DNA of 64,000 nucleotides, from NCBI GenBank assembly GCA_963674595.2, contig CAXXFV010000017.1:64001-128000 (forward strand), in the 5' to 3' direction. Positions 9,579 through 20,122 of this stretch are shown piece by piece; the stretch's first letter is position 1, and each line of letters opens with the position of its first letter. The translations under genes and the position numbers were made by a program. This DNA is from a bacterium (GTDB lineage Bacteria > Zhuqueibacterota > Zhuqueibacteria > Residuimicrobiales > Krinioviventaceae). Below the pieces are notes generated by a model. It did no database searches, was not told the DNA's origin, and worked only from the letters and a program-made list of their open reading frames with translations.

Positions 9579-11468
9579 ATGACAAAAGTTAAGGTTTTTT
9601 TCATCATTTGTTTTTTGCTAGGCATCTTTTGTCTGCTTGGGGTTCCGGCCGGTGAAGCGGCAGTAATGGATATTGCGCGGCCTATGGACCCTGTCATTGT
9701 CTCCGGACAATCATTAATTAATTTTATTGATGTTCCGGTTGCCAATATTTTTGTATATGCATACTCTAACGGAGCGTGGAGGCAAATTCCTTTTCAGATA
9801 GATGAAAAGGATGGCACCGATTACTTTGGTGCAAAAGATAATTTGCTGGATTTAACGGATGAAGTCTGTTTTTTAGCCGCCGATCTTGGCGACAGTGTTG
9901 CCAATTCCACATGGATATCGGACGCAAGCTCTAAAAATTATTTGCGATATCAGGTATGTGTTTACGATACAACACAAACACCTGCCAAAAAAGGATGGGC
10001 CTACATCTATCGTTCAAATACTCTTGCCCCTGCTTTTACCCCCTATATGACTTATGAAGCGCCTGTAAATAATGTTGATGATAAAATTCACGGCAGTTCC
10101 TATCTCTTTGGCCATGATGACAATTCTATTCCAGATTTATTAAACATAAAGCCGGATGTAAACGATTTGCTGGACCGCTGGAAATTACGTGTCGATGGAA
10201 CGTTGGTATTTTGGCCCTATAGTATAAACGAAAATCACCTGACAAATCCGGATTTGAGTGTAGCTGCCGGTCGTAATGTAAGAGTAATTCGTAAATCTAT
10301 TTTTGACTTTACCTTTGTTGAAGGTGCACAAACAATCAAGCTGGATTTTCTAACCTATTATTATCCTCAATTCCTTGAAATCAACATTTCAACACAATCC
10401 CAGTTTTCTTTACAATGGGGCATAGATCTGCTTCGGTTTTCTATGGACTTTTCTTCAGTATTAAAAGGAAATTCCTATAAATTTTATAACGCCTATAACA
10501 ACAATATTCCTGTGGACGGTGCACCTGATGTTGTCAACCAGCAAATAGATGTGGATGATGCAAACTGGTTTATGCAGTATGGCAATCTCGGACTTGTATT
10601 TGGTATATTTAACGTTCCTGAATTAGATAACGCCAACTATTCATTTTACTATAAAGATGACGAAACGCCTGATGCAAATGACACAGGCGACCAATTATCC
10701 TACGGTGACAGCGGGCTTGAAATTACTTCAATAAATATTAATGATGCGATTCACAGCAGTTCACCGCTCGATTTTACAGTTCGTTTATATTATCTGGGAA
10801 CAGAACATACAACAAATGTAAGTGATACCCTGAAAACCCAGTTCAAAAACCCGTTAAAAGTAGTGGTTGGAAATGGTCAGATTGTTCCGGTTGAATTATC
10901 TTCCTTCAAGGCCCTGTTTGATGGTAAACAGGTTACCTTAAACTGGGTTACAAAAACAGAGTCCAATAACTATGGTTTCGAAATTCATCGCAAAAGCAGT
11001 CAAAATGAAAATTGGGAAACCATCGGATTTGTTCAGGGGAACGGCACAACAACATCCGCCAACGAATATGAGTTTATAGATAAAGATATTAAAAAAGGTA
11101 CTTTGGAATATCGGTTAAAACAGCTCGATACGGACGGACAATTTGCATTTTCTGAAAGCAGAACAGTTGCCGTTACGGTCCCTGTGGGTTTTGCTTTAGA
11201 ACAAAATTACCCGAATCCTTTTAATCCTGTTACGGAAATCGGTTTCACAATCCCTGAACAAAATCAGGGAACCACGGAATTGAATATATATAATGTGATT
11301 GGGCAGCATGTCCGCACGTTAATTTACGCCGGTTTGGAAGCCGGGTATCACAAGATAACCTGGGACGGCAAAAACAATAACGGTCAGCAGGTTATGAGCG
11401 GGACTTATATTTATCAACTCAAGGTTGGCAACAATGTATTAAGCCGAAAGATGATTAAATTAGAATAA
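9579..11468 (+). CDS. secreted protein with T9SS type A / FlgD-Ig C-terminal sorting domain
   Basis: Signal peptide; VPVELSSF...ESNNYGFEI Ig module; LEQNYPNPFNPVTEI...WDGKN...SGTYIYQL...RKMIKLE C-terminus; SD GAGGAGG before 9579. Confidence 0.85.
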   Translation: MTKVKVFFIICFLLGIFCLLGVPAGEAAVMDIARPMDPVIVSGQSLINFIDVPVANIFVYAYSNGAWRQIPFQIDEKDGTDYFGAKDNLLDLTDEVCFLAADLGDSVANSTWISDASSKNYLRYQVCVYDTTQTPAKKGWAYIYRSNTLAPAFTPYMTYEAPVNNVDDKIHGSSYLFGHDDNSIPDLLNIKPDVNDLLDRWKLRVDGTLVFWPYSINENHLTNPDLSVAAGRNVRVIRKSIFDFTFVEGAQTIKLDFLTYYYPQFLEINISTQSQFSLQWGIDLLRFSMDFSSVLKGNSYKFYNAYNNNIPVDGAPDVVNQQIDVDDANWFMQYGNLGLVFGIFNVPELDNANYSFYYKDDETPDANDTGDQLSYGDSGLEITSININDAIHSSSPLDFTVRLYYLGTEHTTNVSDTLKTQFKNPLKVVVGNGQIVPVELSSFKALFDGKQVTLNWVTKTESNNYGFEIHRKSSQNENWETIGFVQGNGTTTSANEYEFIDKDIKKGTLEYRLKQLDTDGQFAFSESRTVAVTVPVGFALEQNYPNPFNPVTEIGFTIPEQNQGTTELNIYNVIGQHVRTLIYAGLEAGYHKITWDGKNNNGQQVMSGTYIYQLKVGNNVLSRKMIKLE

Positions 11469-11471
11469 CAG

Positions 11472-11503
11472 AAAAAGGCCCTGATTTTCAGGGCCTTTTT
11501 TTT
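11472..11503. terminator. bidirectional intrinsic terminator
   Basis: AAAAAGGCCCTGA-TTT-TCAGGGCCTTTTTTTT between convergent genes. Confidence 0.85.
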
Positions 11504-11532
11504 ATTCGTATATTATATAAATCGACTTTTTT

Positions 11533-12648
11533 CTAGTTTACCCCGGTCATCTCTTTTAATTTCCAATACAAATTATGCAAAAGGGTGCGGTTATCGGCAG
11601 AGATATAACGAATCTCTCCGCCCATTCTGTTGAATGATTTGAGAAATCTCAAATAGTAATCCGGAGATGTTTTCGGCGGTTCACCTTTGGTCCAGTCCCA
11701 TACCGATTCCTGGAGATCATCCACAAGTATATAGTGGTTTTTTACAATTTGGTCACTTTGTAAAAGAATGTTATTTGCGTATGACAATGCTTTTTCAAAA
11801 ACCTGGGGCGCCATGATAGCGGACCCAACCGACATAAAAACGCCGTTTGTCAAATTACTAACGGCTTTGACAAATATTTTAAAATCCGTATGGCTGCCCC
11901 GACCCAAAGCCGCGCCGTTTGCGTATGGATTATTATAAATAATATCATATCCAATGCCCGGATGTATTGTTGCAGCTACTTTATATTGGAATGCATTTCG
12001 TAAAATTGAAAATTCTTTATATTTATGTGTTATCGCAAGAGGACCGGGAGGGATGTTGAACTTTTTTATGGTTTCCAATAATTCAACATGCGCCGTAATA
12101 TCAGGCTTTTCCTGTTCAAGACCATTTAAAATGGTGGTTTTCAATTCGTCAACCGTCGGCACGTTCATGCCGTCATTATGGATAAACGCTCCCAAAGATT
12201 CTCCATAACCCATGCCCTTTGTGGCGCCGATTTGAACGGCCAGGTTGATATACTTTCCGGTCTCTTCCCAGGTTCCAAACGTACCGGTTGCTACATTGGC
12301 ACGAACGTCTTCTTCTGACCTGCCCAGGTACGAAAATTCCCAGTCGTGAATTGTGCCGGCGCCCTGGGTGGCAACATGTGTCAGCCATCCCTTTTCCATG
12401 AGTTTAATCATAAGCGGGGCCGCACCGTTTTTTACCAGGTGAGCACCATAGGCCAGCATAATGGATGCACCGGACTCTTTGGCTTTTAAAATACGTTTTG
12501 CCGTTTCAGTAATGATCGGTTCGCAGGCAGGTACCGGCTGGGGTTTACTCTCCGGGTCAATCACTATGTCATGTATTTTACTTTTGCTTTTACGCTGAGT
12601 TAGCGGGTATACTTTTAACTGATCCGTATTAATTTGCGGATATGGCAT
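11533..12648 (-). CDS. GSU2086-like conserved protein (deoxyhypusine-synthase-like fold)
   Basis: MLAYGAHLVKNG, THVATQGAGTIHDWE, GTFGTWEETG, TIHPGIGYDII, VGSAIMAPQVFEKALS; SD AAGGAG before MPYPQ. Confidence 0.65.
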   Translation of the reverse strand: MPYPQINTDQLKVYPLTQRKSKSKIHDIVIDPESKPQPVPACEPIITETAKRILKAKESGASIMLAYGAHLVKNGAAPLMIKLMEKGWLTHVATQGAGTIHDWEFSYLGRSEEDVRANVATGTFGTWEETGKYINLAVQIGATKGMGYGESLGAFIHNDGMNVPTVDELKTTILNGLEQEKPDITAHVELLETIKKFNIPPGPLAITHKYKEFSILRNAFQYKVAATIHPGIGYDIIYNNPYANGAALGRGSHTDFKIFVKAVSNLTNGVFMSVGSAIMAPQVFEKALSYANNILLQSDQIVKNHYILVDDLQESVWDWTKGEPPKTSPDYYLRFLKSFNRMGGEIRYISADNRTLLHNLYWKLKEMTGVN

Positions 12649-12741
12649 TTTTCTCTCCTTTGGTCTGGCTTTTGTGACTCCCTCATCACAAATCAATAAT
12701 TATGAATTTAGAAAAAATACCCGTAAATTCAAAGAGTTCCT

Positions 12742-12770
12742 TTGACAATTTACTTTTTTCAGTATAGCAT
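12742..12770 (+). promoter_or_regulatory. sigma70-type promoter candidate
   Basis: TTGACA-N17-TAGCAT upstream of the Dabb gene. Confidence 0.45.
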
Positions 12771-12822
12771 TAAACAAAATTGTTCATTATATTAAGTGTT
12801 TTTAATAAAAAGGAGATTATAA

Positions 12823-13125
12823 ATGGTAAAACATATCGTTATGTGGAAATTAAAAGATAACGCCGAAGGTGCTGATAAAGAACAAAATGCAAAGATCATG
12901 AAAAAAAATCTGGAAGCTTTAAAAGATAAAATTAGTGTCATTCAACATATTGAAGTCGGCTTTGATTTTGTAAATGGTGATGCTTCACAGGACGTGATGT
13001 TGTATTCTGAATTTGCAACAAAAGAGGACCTTGACATATATCGGGTCCATCCGGAACATGTTAAAGAAGCTGATTTTGTTAAAAAAGTGACCAGTAACCG
13101 TTATACGGTCGATTACGAAATTTAA
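12823..13125 (+). CDS. Dabb (stress-responsive A/B barrel) family protein
   Basis: MVKHIVMWKLK...LYSEF...DLDIYRVHPEH...VDYE. Confidence 0.9.
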   Translation: MVKHIVMWKLKDNAEGADKEQNAKIMKKNLEALKDKISVIQHIEVGFDFVNGDASQDVMLYSEFATKEDLDIYRVHPEHVKEADFVKKVTSNRYTVDYEI

Positions 13126-13139
13126 TATGGGAGGATGAT

Positions 13140-13928
13140 ATGCATCGTTTGTTTCAGGTTGATTCGTTTACTTTAAACGCCTTTAAGGGAAATCCGGCAG
13201 GTGTTTGTTTATTAACTCACCCGGTTGAAGCAGAATGGATGCAGAATGTTGCAGCGGAAATGAATGTTGCTGAAACAGCATTTATTTTAAAAACACAAGA
13301 TCATTTTGATCTGCGCTGGTTTGCGCCAAAATCAGAGGTTGAACTGTGCGGGCATGCCACCCTTGCAAGCGCACATATACTCTGGCAGGAGGGAATATGC
13401 CATCCTGCGGAACAAATTCAGTTTAAAACCCTCAGCGGAACCCTGGTTGCAAACAAGGTTGAAAATAGGATTGAACTTGATTTTCCAACAACACCGGTAA
13501 AAGAGATTTCAGATAAATCAACCTTGGAACATGTTGTGGCGCAAAACATACTTTACGCCGGAAAAAATCGGTTCGATTTTTTAGTGCAGCTTGATGGAGA
13601 AGAAAAAATCCGAAACTTTAATCCGGATTTTGAAAAGATAAAATCCTTAGGGGGTAGAGGTTTGATCATAACCAGTCGTGCCGATTCCGGTCATTATGAT
13701 TTTGTATCCCGGTTTTTTGCACCAACTATTGGTATTGATGAAGATCCGGTGACCGGCTCAGCCCATTGTACTCTTGGCCCATTCTGGCAGGACCGTTTGC
13801 AAAAAAGTGAATTTTTAGGTTATCAGGCTTCCGGGCGCGGCGGTGAGGTGACTGTTAAAGTTGAAAATGACCGCGCCATATTAGGCGGCCAGGCTGTAAC
13901 TGTCTTTCGTGGCGATATCATTGTATAA
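13140..13928 (+). CDS. PhzF family epimerase/isomerase
   Basis: QVDSFT..FKGNPAGV, EMNVAETAF, EVELCGHATLA, SRFFAP.IGIDEDPVTGSAH. Confidence 0.92.
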   Translation: MHRLFQVDSFTLNAFKGNPAGVCLLTHPVEAEWMQNVAAEMNVAETAFILKTQDHFDLRWFAPKSEVELCGHATLASAHILWQEGICHPAEQIQFKTLSGTLVANKVENRIELDFPTTPVKEISDKSTLEHVVAQNILYAGKNRFDFLVQLDGEEKIRNFNPDFEKIKSLGGRGLIITSRADSGHYDFVSRFFAPTIGIDEDPVTGSAHCTLGPFWQDRLQKSEFLGYQASGRGGEVTVKVENDRAILGGQAVTVFRGDIIV

Positions 13929-13999
13929 TGGTTTTTAAAATATAGACAATATTAATAAAAATGTAACTAGAATTTATAGATAATGGAGAACCTGACTAG

Positions 14000-14932
14000 A
14001 TGTCAAAAATGGAAATTGAAAAAATAAGCGGTCTTGTTGCCGCTCCTTTTACACCAATGAATAAAGATTATTCATTGAATTTGGACTTGATCCCTGTGCA
14101 AAGCAAATTTTTGCAACAAAACGATATAAACGGTGTTTTTATTTGCGGCACAACCGGTGAAAGTCTCTCGCTGACTGTTAAAGAACGACTTGATATTGCA
14201 GAAACTTGGAAAAAATGTATCGGTGATTTAAAATTGATTATTCATGTTGGTCATAACTGTCAGGCAGATGCCGAAATGCTTGCAAAACATGCATCCGAAA
14301 TTTCGGCCGATGCAATAGGCGCCATGCCGCCTGTTTTTTTCAGACCATCGACTGTTTCTCAATTGGTCGACTGGTGCGCCAGGGTCGCAGAACAGGCCCC
14401 TGAATTGCCGTTTTATTATTATCATATACCGTCCATGTCCGGAGTTAACCTTGGTATGCGTGAATTCCTGGAATGTGCCGGTGATAAAATTCCAAACCTG
14501 GCCGGAGTGAAATTTACATACGAAAATTTATATGATTATGGCCGGTGTGTTTCCTATAAAAACAATTATTATGACATGTTGTTTGGAAGGGATGAAATCC
14601 TGTTAGCCGGGCTGGCAACAGGTGCCAACGGTGCTGTCGGTAGTTTATATAATTTTGCAGCGCCTGTTTTCAATAATATTATCAAAGCTTTTCAGGAAAA
14701 AGATATAAAGACGGCACAAATGCTTCAGGAAAAAGTGAGGGACTTTCTTGCTGTTTATTTAAAATGCGGCGGTTCTGTCGCAACCGGCAAAGCAGTAATG
14801 AAGATGATCGGGATTGATTGCGGTCCCACACGTGCCCCCATTTCAAATTTATCTGATGAAGCTTATGAAATGTATTTAAAAGAAATAAAAAATATCGGTT
14901 TTGATCAATATCTTTCGAAATTTGAGAGTTAA
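14000..14932 (+). CDS. N-acetylneuraminate lyase-like, DHDPS/NAL family
   Basis: FICGTTGE, FYYYHIPSMSGV, AGVKFT (Schiff-base Lys), GRDEILL, GAVGSLYNF. Confidence 0.82.
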   Translation: MSKMEIEKISGLVAAPFTPMNKDYSLNLDLIPVQSKFLQQNDINGVFICGTTGESLSLTVKERLDIAETWKKCIGDLKLIIHVGHNCQADAEMLAKHASEISADAIGAMPPVFFRPSTVSQLVDWCARVAEQAPELPFYYYHIPSMSGVNLGMREFLECAGDKIPNLAGVKFTYENLYDYGRCVSYKNNYYDMLFGRDEILLAGLATGANGAVGSLYNFAAPVFNNIIKAFQEKDIKTAQMLQEKVRDFLAVYLKCGGSVATGKAVMKMIGIDCGPTRAPISNLSDEAYEMYLKEIKNIGFDQYLSKFES

Positions 14933-14938
14933 AACTAA

Positions 14939-14981
14939 TAAAACCGGGCAGCATCAAATAATTATCTGTTGCCCGGTTTTA
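14939..14981 (+). terminator. intrinsic terminator candidate
   Basis: TAAAACCGGGCAGCA...TGTTGCCCGGTTTTA immediately after the lyase stop. Confidence 0.65.
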
Positions 14982-15145
14982 ATTATAAAATTCTTATGTT
15001 CCCGCCGAGCTGAAAAGTGTTTACTGCCTTAATTTTTGTGTTTTTAAAAGATACTCTATTTTTATAATGAAATCCGAAAAAAAATGTTGTAATTTATCTG
15101 ATGGATAAGAGTCTCCTGATATCAAAACCTTTTGGAGCGATATAT

Positions 15146-17887
15146 ATGAAAGATGAAAACAAAACAAAAAAACAACTCTTAGAAGAGATTAAAGAGTTAA
15201 AAAAAATAGTTAATCACCTGGAAAATCAGGTTAAATCAAAACGTTTTTCACTTGATAATCCTGTTACCAAAATGCTGCATCAAACAGGACTTACCCTGTC
15301 CCAGATGAGCCCTGATGATAATCTTTACAAATATATCGCTGAACAGATGCAAGCACAATTCCCTCAGGCGGCTGTCTGCTTAATTTCTGTAAAGAATGAA
15401 TTCCCTCTAAATGAGATCAATCTGTCTGCACAAATCGAATATTTCCTTTATAACAATGAAAAAATAGATAAAGGGCTTTATTTAAATATTTCCCAAAAAG
15501 CCCATGATTTGTTTTTGAAAAGTCAATTTCGCACCATTAGTCCGGATAAACATTTCTTCCCGGATTTAGTGGATGAAATTCAAGCCCTGGCTCAAATTGA
15601 TTTTCCCCTGGATCGTTCTTTATATTGCGGACTGGCTATTGATCAAAAAGTTGACGGTGTCTTGTTTCTTTTTCTTAAAGATGAGTTAAATGAAGAACAG
15701 CAAAAAATTTTAAAATTATTTATTAAACAATCTTCTTTTTTCCTTAACCGGCAGCAAAATGCCAAAAGTCTGAAAGAACATGACTATCGGTTTAAAACAT
15801 TAGTCGAATCCATCAATGCCATTCCCTATCAGATTGATTTAAAAAGCGGACGGTTTATATACATCGGCAAGCAGGCCGAACAGGTATTGGGATACCCGAT
15901 AGAATCATGGGTGGATATTTCTGTTTTGGAAAATCGAATTCATAAGGATGATATAGATATTGTAACACAACTTGCAAGGTCATCCATAATCCAGGGTAAA
16001 AATCTTGATGTTGAATACAGGATTATAAAACAAGACAGCAGTATTATATGGATACGTAATATTGTTACCATACTTGAAAAGGAAAATATCCGAGAACTCG
16101 TCGGTTTTATGATGGATATAACAAATCGTAAAATCTGGGAAAGTGAAATTGAAAGAAGAGACAAGCTTCTACACACAATTACTGATAATTTACCGAATTC
16201 TTTTCTTTCTATCATTAATAAAGATTGCCGTATTCTGTATACGGCAGGAAAAAATAATACAAAAAAGAAAATCAAGTTTGAAAATTTTATAGGAAAGAAA
16301 GTTGATGACGTCATGAAGGATTTTGGTTCAGATATTTTATTGACGATTAAGGATGCCTATGCCGGAACATTTGAAGGTGAGAATCACATTTTTGAAGTGC
16401 AACTCAATGAACGACACACCTTGTTTAAAACAGTCCCTTTGAAAAATGATCATGGTGAAATTGATAAAATAATGGTTTTGGTTGAAGATATTACGCAGCG
16501 GAAAAAAACCGAACTGGCCTTGGAGGAAAGTGAAAATCAACTGCGCACGCTTATAAACGCCATGCCCGATGCAATATGTTTTAAAGATGGTGACGGCAGA
16601 TGGCTGCAGTCGAATGATTATAATCTTGACCTTTTTCAGATCGAGGGTGTTGATTATCACGGCAAAAAAGATTCGGAATTGGCACGCTACAGCTCTTTTT
16701 ACCATGATGCTTTGCTGATGTGTGAAAAATCAAATGAGGAAGCCTGGGCAAAGGGAACTAAAACCCGTATTGAGGAAGTCATACCCCGTCCGGATGGCAG
16801 CACACTGGTTTTTGATGTCATCAAGGTCCCGACATTTCATAAAGATGGAAGCCGAAAGGGCCTTGTAGTTGTTGCGCGTGACATTACAGAACGAATTGAG
16901 GCGGAAAAGGAAGCACAGCGGTGGGCACAGGTTTTTACCCATGCGGAATGGGGCATTGTTATAGGTACTACAGAAAAAGGTATATTGGATAATATGAATC
17001 CTGCTTATGCAAAAATGCATGGTTATACAATTGATGATTTAAAAGGAAAACCGGTTCATACCGTGTTTACAAAAGAAGCAAGCGAAAAACTGATGGATCA
17101 TATTAAAACAGCCCACGACAAAGGGCACCATACTTTTGAAGCCGACCATGTTCGTAAAGACGGCACTATTTTTCCGGCAATTAATGATGTTACCGTTGTA
17201 AAAGATAAAAATAATAACATTCTATATAGAATTATAAACGTGCAGGATATAACAAAGCGGAAAATAATTGAGGATATGGTCAAGGCCTCTCTGGAGGAAA
17301 AAGAAGTACTGCTTAAAGAAATTCACCATCGGGTAAAAAATAATCTGCAAATAATAATCAGCCTGCTTAACCTGCAATCCAAACAAATTACAGACAGTTT
17401 GGCGCTGGAAGCTTTTCAAATCAGCAAAGCACGTGTTTACTCTATGGCGCTGGTCCATGAACAACTCTACAAATCTGCCAATTTTTCAAGCATTAAAATG
17501 AAAAGCTATACTCAAACTTTAATAATGGAACTTGTTCAGTCATACCAGGTTGAGCAGCAGGTTTCAGTTCATTCTTATATTAAAAATATAAATCTTGCAA
17601 TTGATAATGCCATACCCTGTGGTTTAATATTAAATGAACTATTGTCAAACGCTTTTAAACATGCTTTTCCTGGTAATAAAAAAGGAAAAATAAACATTAT
17701 GCTTGATAAATCGGATGGAAAAACAACTTTAACAGTTCAGGACAATGGCGTTGGAATTCCGGCAGATGTTGATATTATGAATACAACTTCTTTGGGGCTG
17801 CAAATGGTCCGGGTCCTGGCCAATCAGATAGGGGGCAATTGTCATATTGATTCTTCTAATGGAACGAATGTGCGTATTGAGTTTTAA
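15146..17887 (+). CDS. cytoplasmic multi-PAS sensor histidine kinase (HisKA_2 type)
   Basis: GAF-like region, four PAS/PAC blocks (ending DITNRK, DITQRK, DITERI, DITKRK), LLKEIHHRVKNNLQ H-box, NELLSNAFKHAF, DNGVG, SLGL. Start moved to MKDENK with SD GGAG. Confidence 0.92.
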   Translation: MKDENKTKKQLLEEIKELKKIVNHLENQVKSKRFSLDNPVTKMLHQTGLTLSQMSPDDNLYKYIAEQMQAQFPQAAVCLISVKNEFPLNEINLSAQIEYFLYNNEKIDKGLYLNISQKAHDLFLKSQFRTISPDKHFFPDLVDEIQALAQIDFPLDRSLYCGLAIDQKVDGVLFLFLKDELNEEQQKILKLFIKQSSFFLNRQQNAKSLKEHDYRFKTLVESINAIPYQIDLKSGRFIYIGKQAEQVLGYPIESWVDISVLENRIHKDDIDIVTQLARSSIIQGKNLDVEYRIIKQDSSIIWIRNIVTILEKENIRELVGFMMDITNRKIWESEIERRDKLLHTITDNLPNSFLSIINKDCRILYTAGKNNTKKKIKFENFIGKKVDDVMKDFGSDILLTIKDAYAGTFEGENHIFEVQLNERHTLFKTVPLKNDHGEIDKIMVLVEDITQRKKTELALEESENQLRTLINAMPDAICFKDGDGRWLQSNDYNLDLFQIEGVDYHGKKDSELARYSSFYHDALLMCEKSNEEAWAKGTKTRIEEVIPRPDGSTLVFDVIKVPTFHKDGSRKGLVVVARDITERIEAEKEAQRWAQVFTHAEWGIVIGTTEKGILDNMNPAYAKMHGYTIDDLKGKPVHTVFTKEASEKLMDHIKTAHDKGHHTFEADHVRKDGTIFPAINDVTVVKDKNNNILYRIINVQDITKRKIIEDMVKASLEEKEVLLKEIHHRVKNNLQIIISLLNLQSKQITDSLALEAFQISKARVYSMALVHEQLYKSANFSSIKMKSYTQTLIMELVQSYQVEQQVSVHSYIKNINLAIDNAIPCGLILNELLSNAFKHAFPGNKKGKINIMLDKSDGKTTLTVQDNGVGIPADVDIMNTTSLGLQMVRVLANQIGGNCHIDSSNGTNVRIEF

Positions 17888-18117
17888 AAAGTTTTAACTT
17901 TCCATCTTGCCGAATTTAATTGAGTTTTGATAGTTTTGTCATCAATATTTCCTCTTGCTTCTTGCCGAAAAATAATTAAATTATATTATACCATACATTC
18001 ATAAAGGGAATACGAATAATATTTGTTATTTTTATAATGTGTAAATTAAAAGTATGTTATAAAAATTAAAAAATATAATCGGTCGTTTGTGAAATAATTA
18101 ATAAAGGAGAATGGACA

Positions 18118-18576
18118 ATGAAAAAATATTTGATCTTTTGTCCGCTTTTTTTGTTTTCCTTTTGCCAAAAAGATATTAATACACCAAGTGTTTCTGATCA
18201 ATGGGCCAGGGTTTCCGTAGACAAAATGGCAGACGATTTTGGGAATAAAGACAATACCATCACACATGATGAACTGGAACTTGTGGACAACTATTTCCGG
18301 ACCAATAAACAGGCGTGGTTTATTACAATTCGTTTTCAAACGGAGGATGATATTATAATGGCTGAAAATATTACAAATAATTTTGTGCCCACCAGTCATC
18401 CTTACAAGTCGTTTGCTGAATTAAAAAATGCCTATAAAGGGACAAATATCAAAACACCTGTTGTAGGAATTTGCTGCATTGTTAAAGAAAATGATTTCTA
18501 TGTAGCACACGTTTACCATTGCCCCGGTCCCTCTGTTGATAAAGGTCCCTGGGAGAAATTGCATATTGTGAATTAA
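18118..18576 (+). CDS. hypothetical exported/lipoprotein
   Basis: SD AAGGAG; MKKYLIFCPLFLFSFC signal/lipobox-like; no recognised family. Confidence 0.65.
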   Translation: MKKYLIFCPLFLFSFCQKDINTPSVSDQWARVSVDKMADDFGNKDNTITHDELELVDNYFRTNKQAWFITIRFQTEDDIIMAENITNNFVPTSHPYKSFAELKNAYKGTNIKTPVVGICCIVKENDFYVAHVYHCPGPSVDKGPWEKLHIVN

Positions 18577-18637
18577 TTTTTAGCATAAAAAGCCGGTTAT
18601 TTGACTATCAACAGGACAAGGTTTTGCATGGTGAATC

Positions 18638-20022
18638 GTAGTGACAGACCCCAGTGTCTGTCCCGATACGGTCAATCACAGGGGATTGCCCCTACAGTTC
18701 ATCATAAAAATCGTAGGGACAGACCCCCGTGTCTGTCCAGATGCGGTCAATCACAGGGGATTGCCCCTACATTTGATTATAAAAATCGTAGGGACAGACC
18801 CCAGTGTTTGTCCAGATGCGGTCAATCACAGGAGATTGCCCCTACAGTTCATCATAAAATCCGTAGGGCCAGACCCCCGTGTCTGTCCTGACATGGGTCA
18901 ATCACAGGGGATTGCCCCTACAGTTCATCATATAAATCGTAGGGCCAGACCCCCGTGTCTGTCCTGAGATTGGGCAATCACAGGGAATTGCCATTACATT
19001 TGATTATAAAACCCGTAGGGCCAGACCACCGTGTTTGACCAGATAGGGGTCAATCACAGGGAATTGCCATTACATTTGATTATTAAATCCGTAGGGACAG
19101 ACCCCTGTGTTTGACCAGATACGGGCAATCACAGGGAATTGCCATTACATTTGATTATTAAATCCGTAGGGACAGACCCCTGTGTTTGACCAGATACGGG
19201 CAATCACAGGGGATTGCCATTACATTTGATTATTAAATCCGTAGGGACAGACCCCTGTGTCTGTCCTGAGATTGGGCAATCACAGGGAATTGCCATTACA
19301 TTTGATTATAAAACCCGTAGGGCCAGACCCCCGTGTCTGTCCTGAGATTGGGCAATCACAGGGAATTGCCATTACATTTGATTATTAAAACCGTAGGGCC
19401 AGACCACCATGTTTGACCTGATACGGGTCAATCACAGGAGATTGCCATTACATTTGATTATTAAAACCGTAGGGCCAGCCCCCGTGTTTGTCCTGACATG
19501 GGTCAATCACAGGGCATTGCCCCTACATTCATTCTTAAAAATTGTTGGGACATCCCCCCGTGTTTGACATGATACTGGTCAATCACAGGGAATTGCCATT
19601 ACATTTGATTATTAAAACCGTAGGGCCAGACCACCGTGTTTGACCAGATAGGGGTCAATCACAGGGGATTGCCCCTACATTTGATTATAAAAATCGTAGG
19701 GACAGAACCCCGTGTTTGACCAGATACGGTCAATCACAGGGGATTGCCATTACATTTGATTATTAAAACCGTAGGGCCAGACCACCATGTTTGACCTGAT
19801 ACGGGTCAATCACAGGAGATTGCCATTACATTTGATTATTAAATCCGTAGGGACAGACCCCTGTGTCTGTCCTGAGATTGGTCAATCACAGGGGATTGCA
19901 ATTTCATTTGATTATAAACCCGTAGGGGCAGACTCCCGTGTCTGTCCCGATACGGTCAATCACAGGGGATTGCCCCTACAGTTCATCATAAAAATCGTAG
20001 GGACAGACCCCCGTGTCTGTCC
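18638..20022. repeat. REP/BIME-like tandem array 1: 18 full units of 75-76 bp plus a half unit
   Basis: Unit = GTAG-GGACAGAC-CCCCGT-GTCTGTCC, 6-7 nt spacer, inverted REP GGGCAATC-ACAGGG-GATTGCCC-CTAC, ~17 nt AT-rich linker. Unit starts read at 18638, 18713, 18788, 18863, 18939, 19015, 19091, 19166, 19241, 19317, 19393, 19469, 19544, 19620, 19696, 19771, 19847, 19922, 19997. Confidence 0.92.
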
Positions 20023-20083
20023 TGACAACAGGCCATAAGAGTAGATTGCCCTGTATGAATAAAGTAAAATATCAAGAATTTTA

Positions 20084-20122
20084 TTGTTTTTTGATAATTA
20101 TGTCCGTACTATATAACGTACG
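20084..20122 (+). promoter_or_regulatory. TA promoter/operator candidate
   Basis: TTGTTT-N17-TACTAT overlapped by two GTAC-core palindromes (CGTACT 20105-20110, CGTACG 20117-20122) 12 bp apart, resembling the yefM-yoeB operator layout. Confidence 0.6.

Noticed and set aside
17905-17969. Direct repeat TCTTGCCGAA twice, 55 bp apart
   Set aside because: Only two copies of 10 bp; may be -35-like elements or chance.
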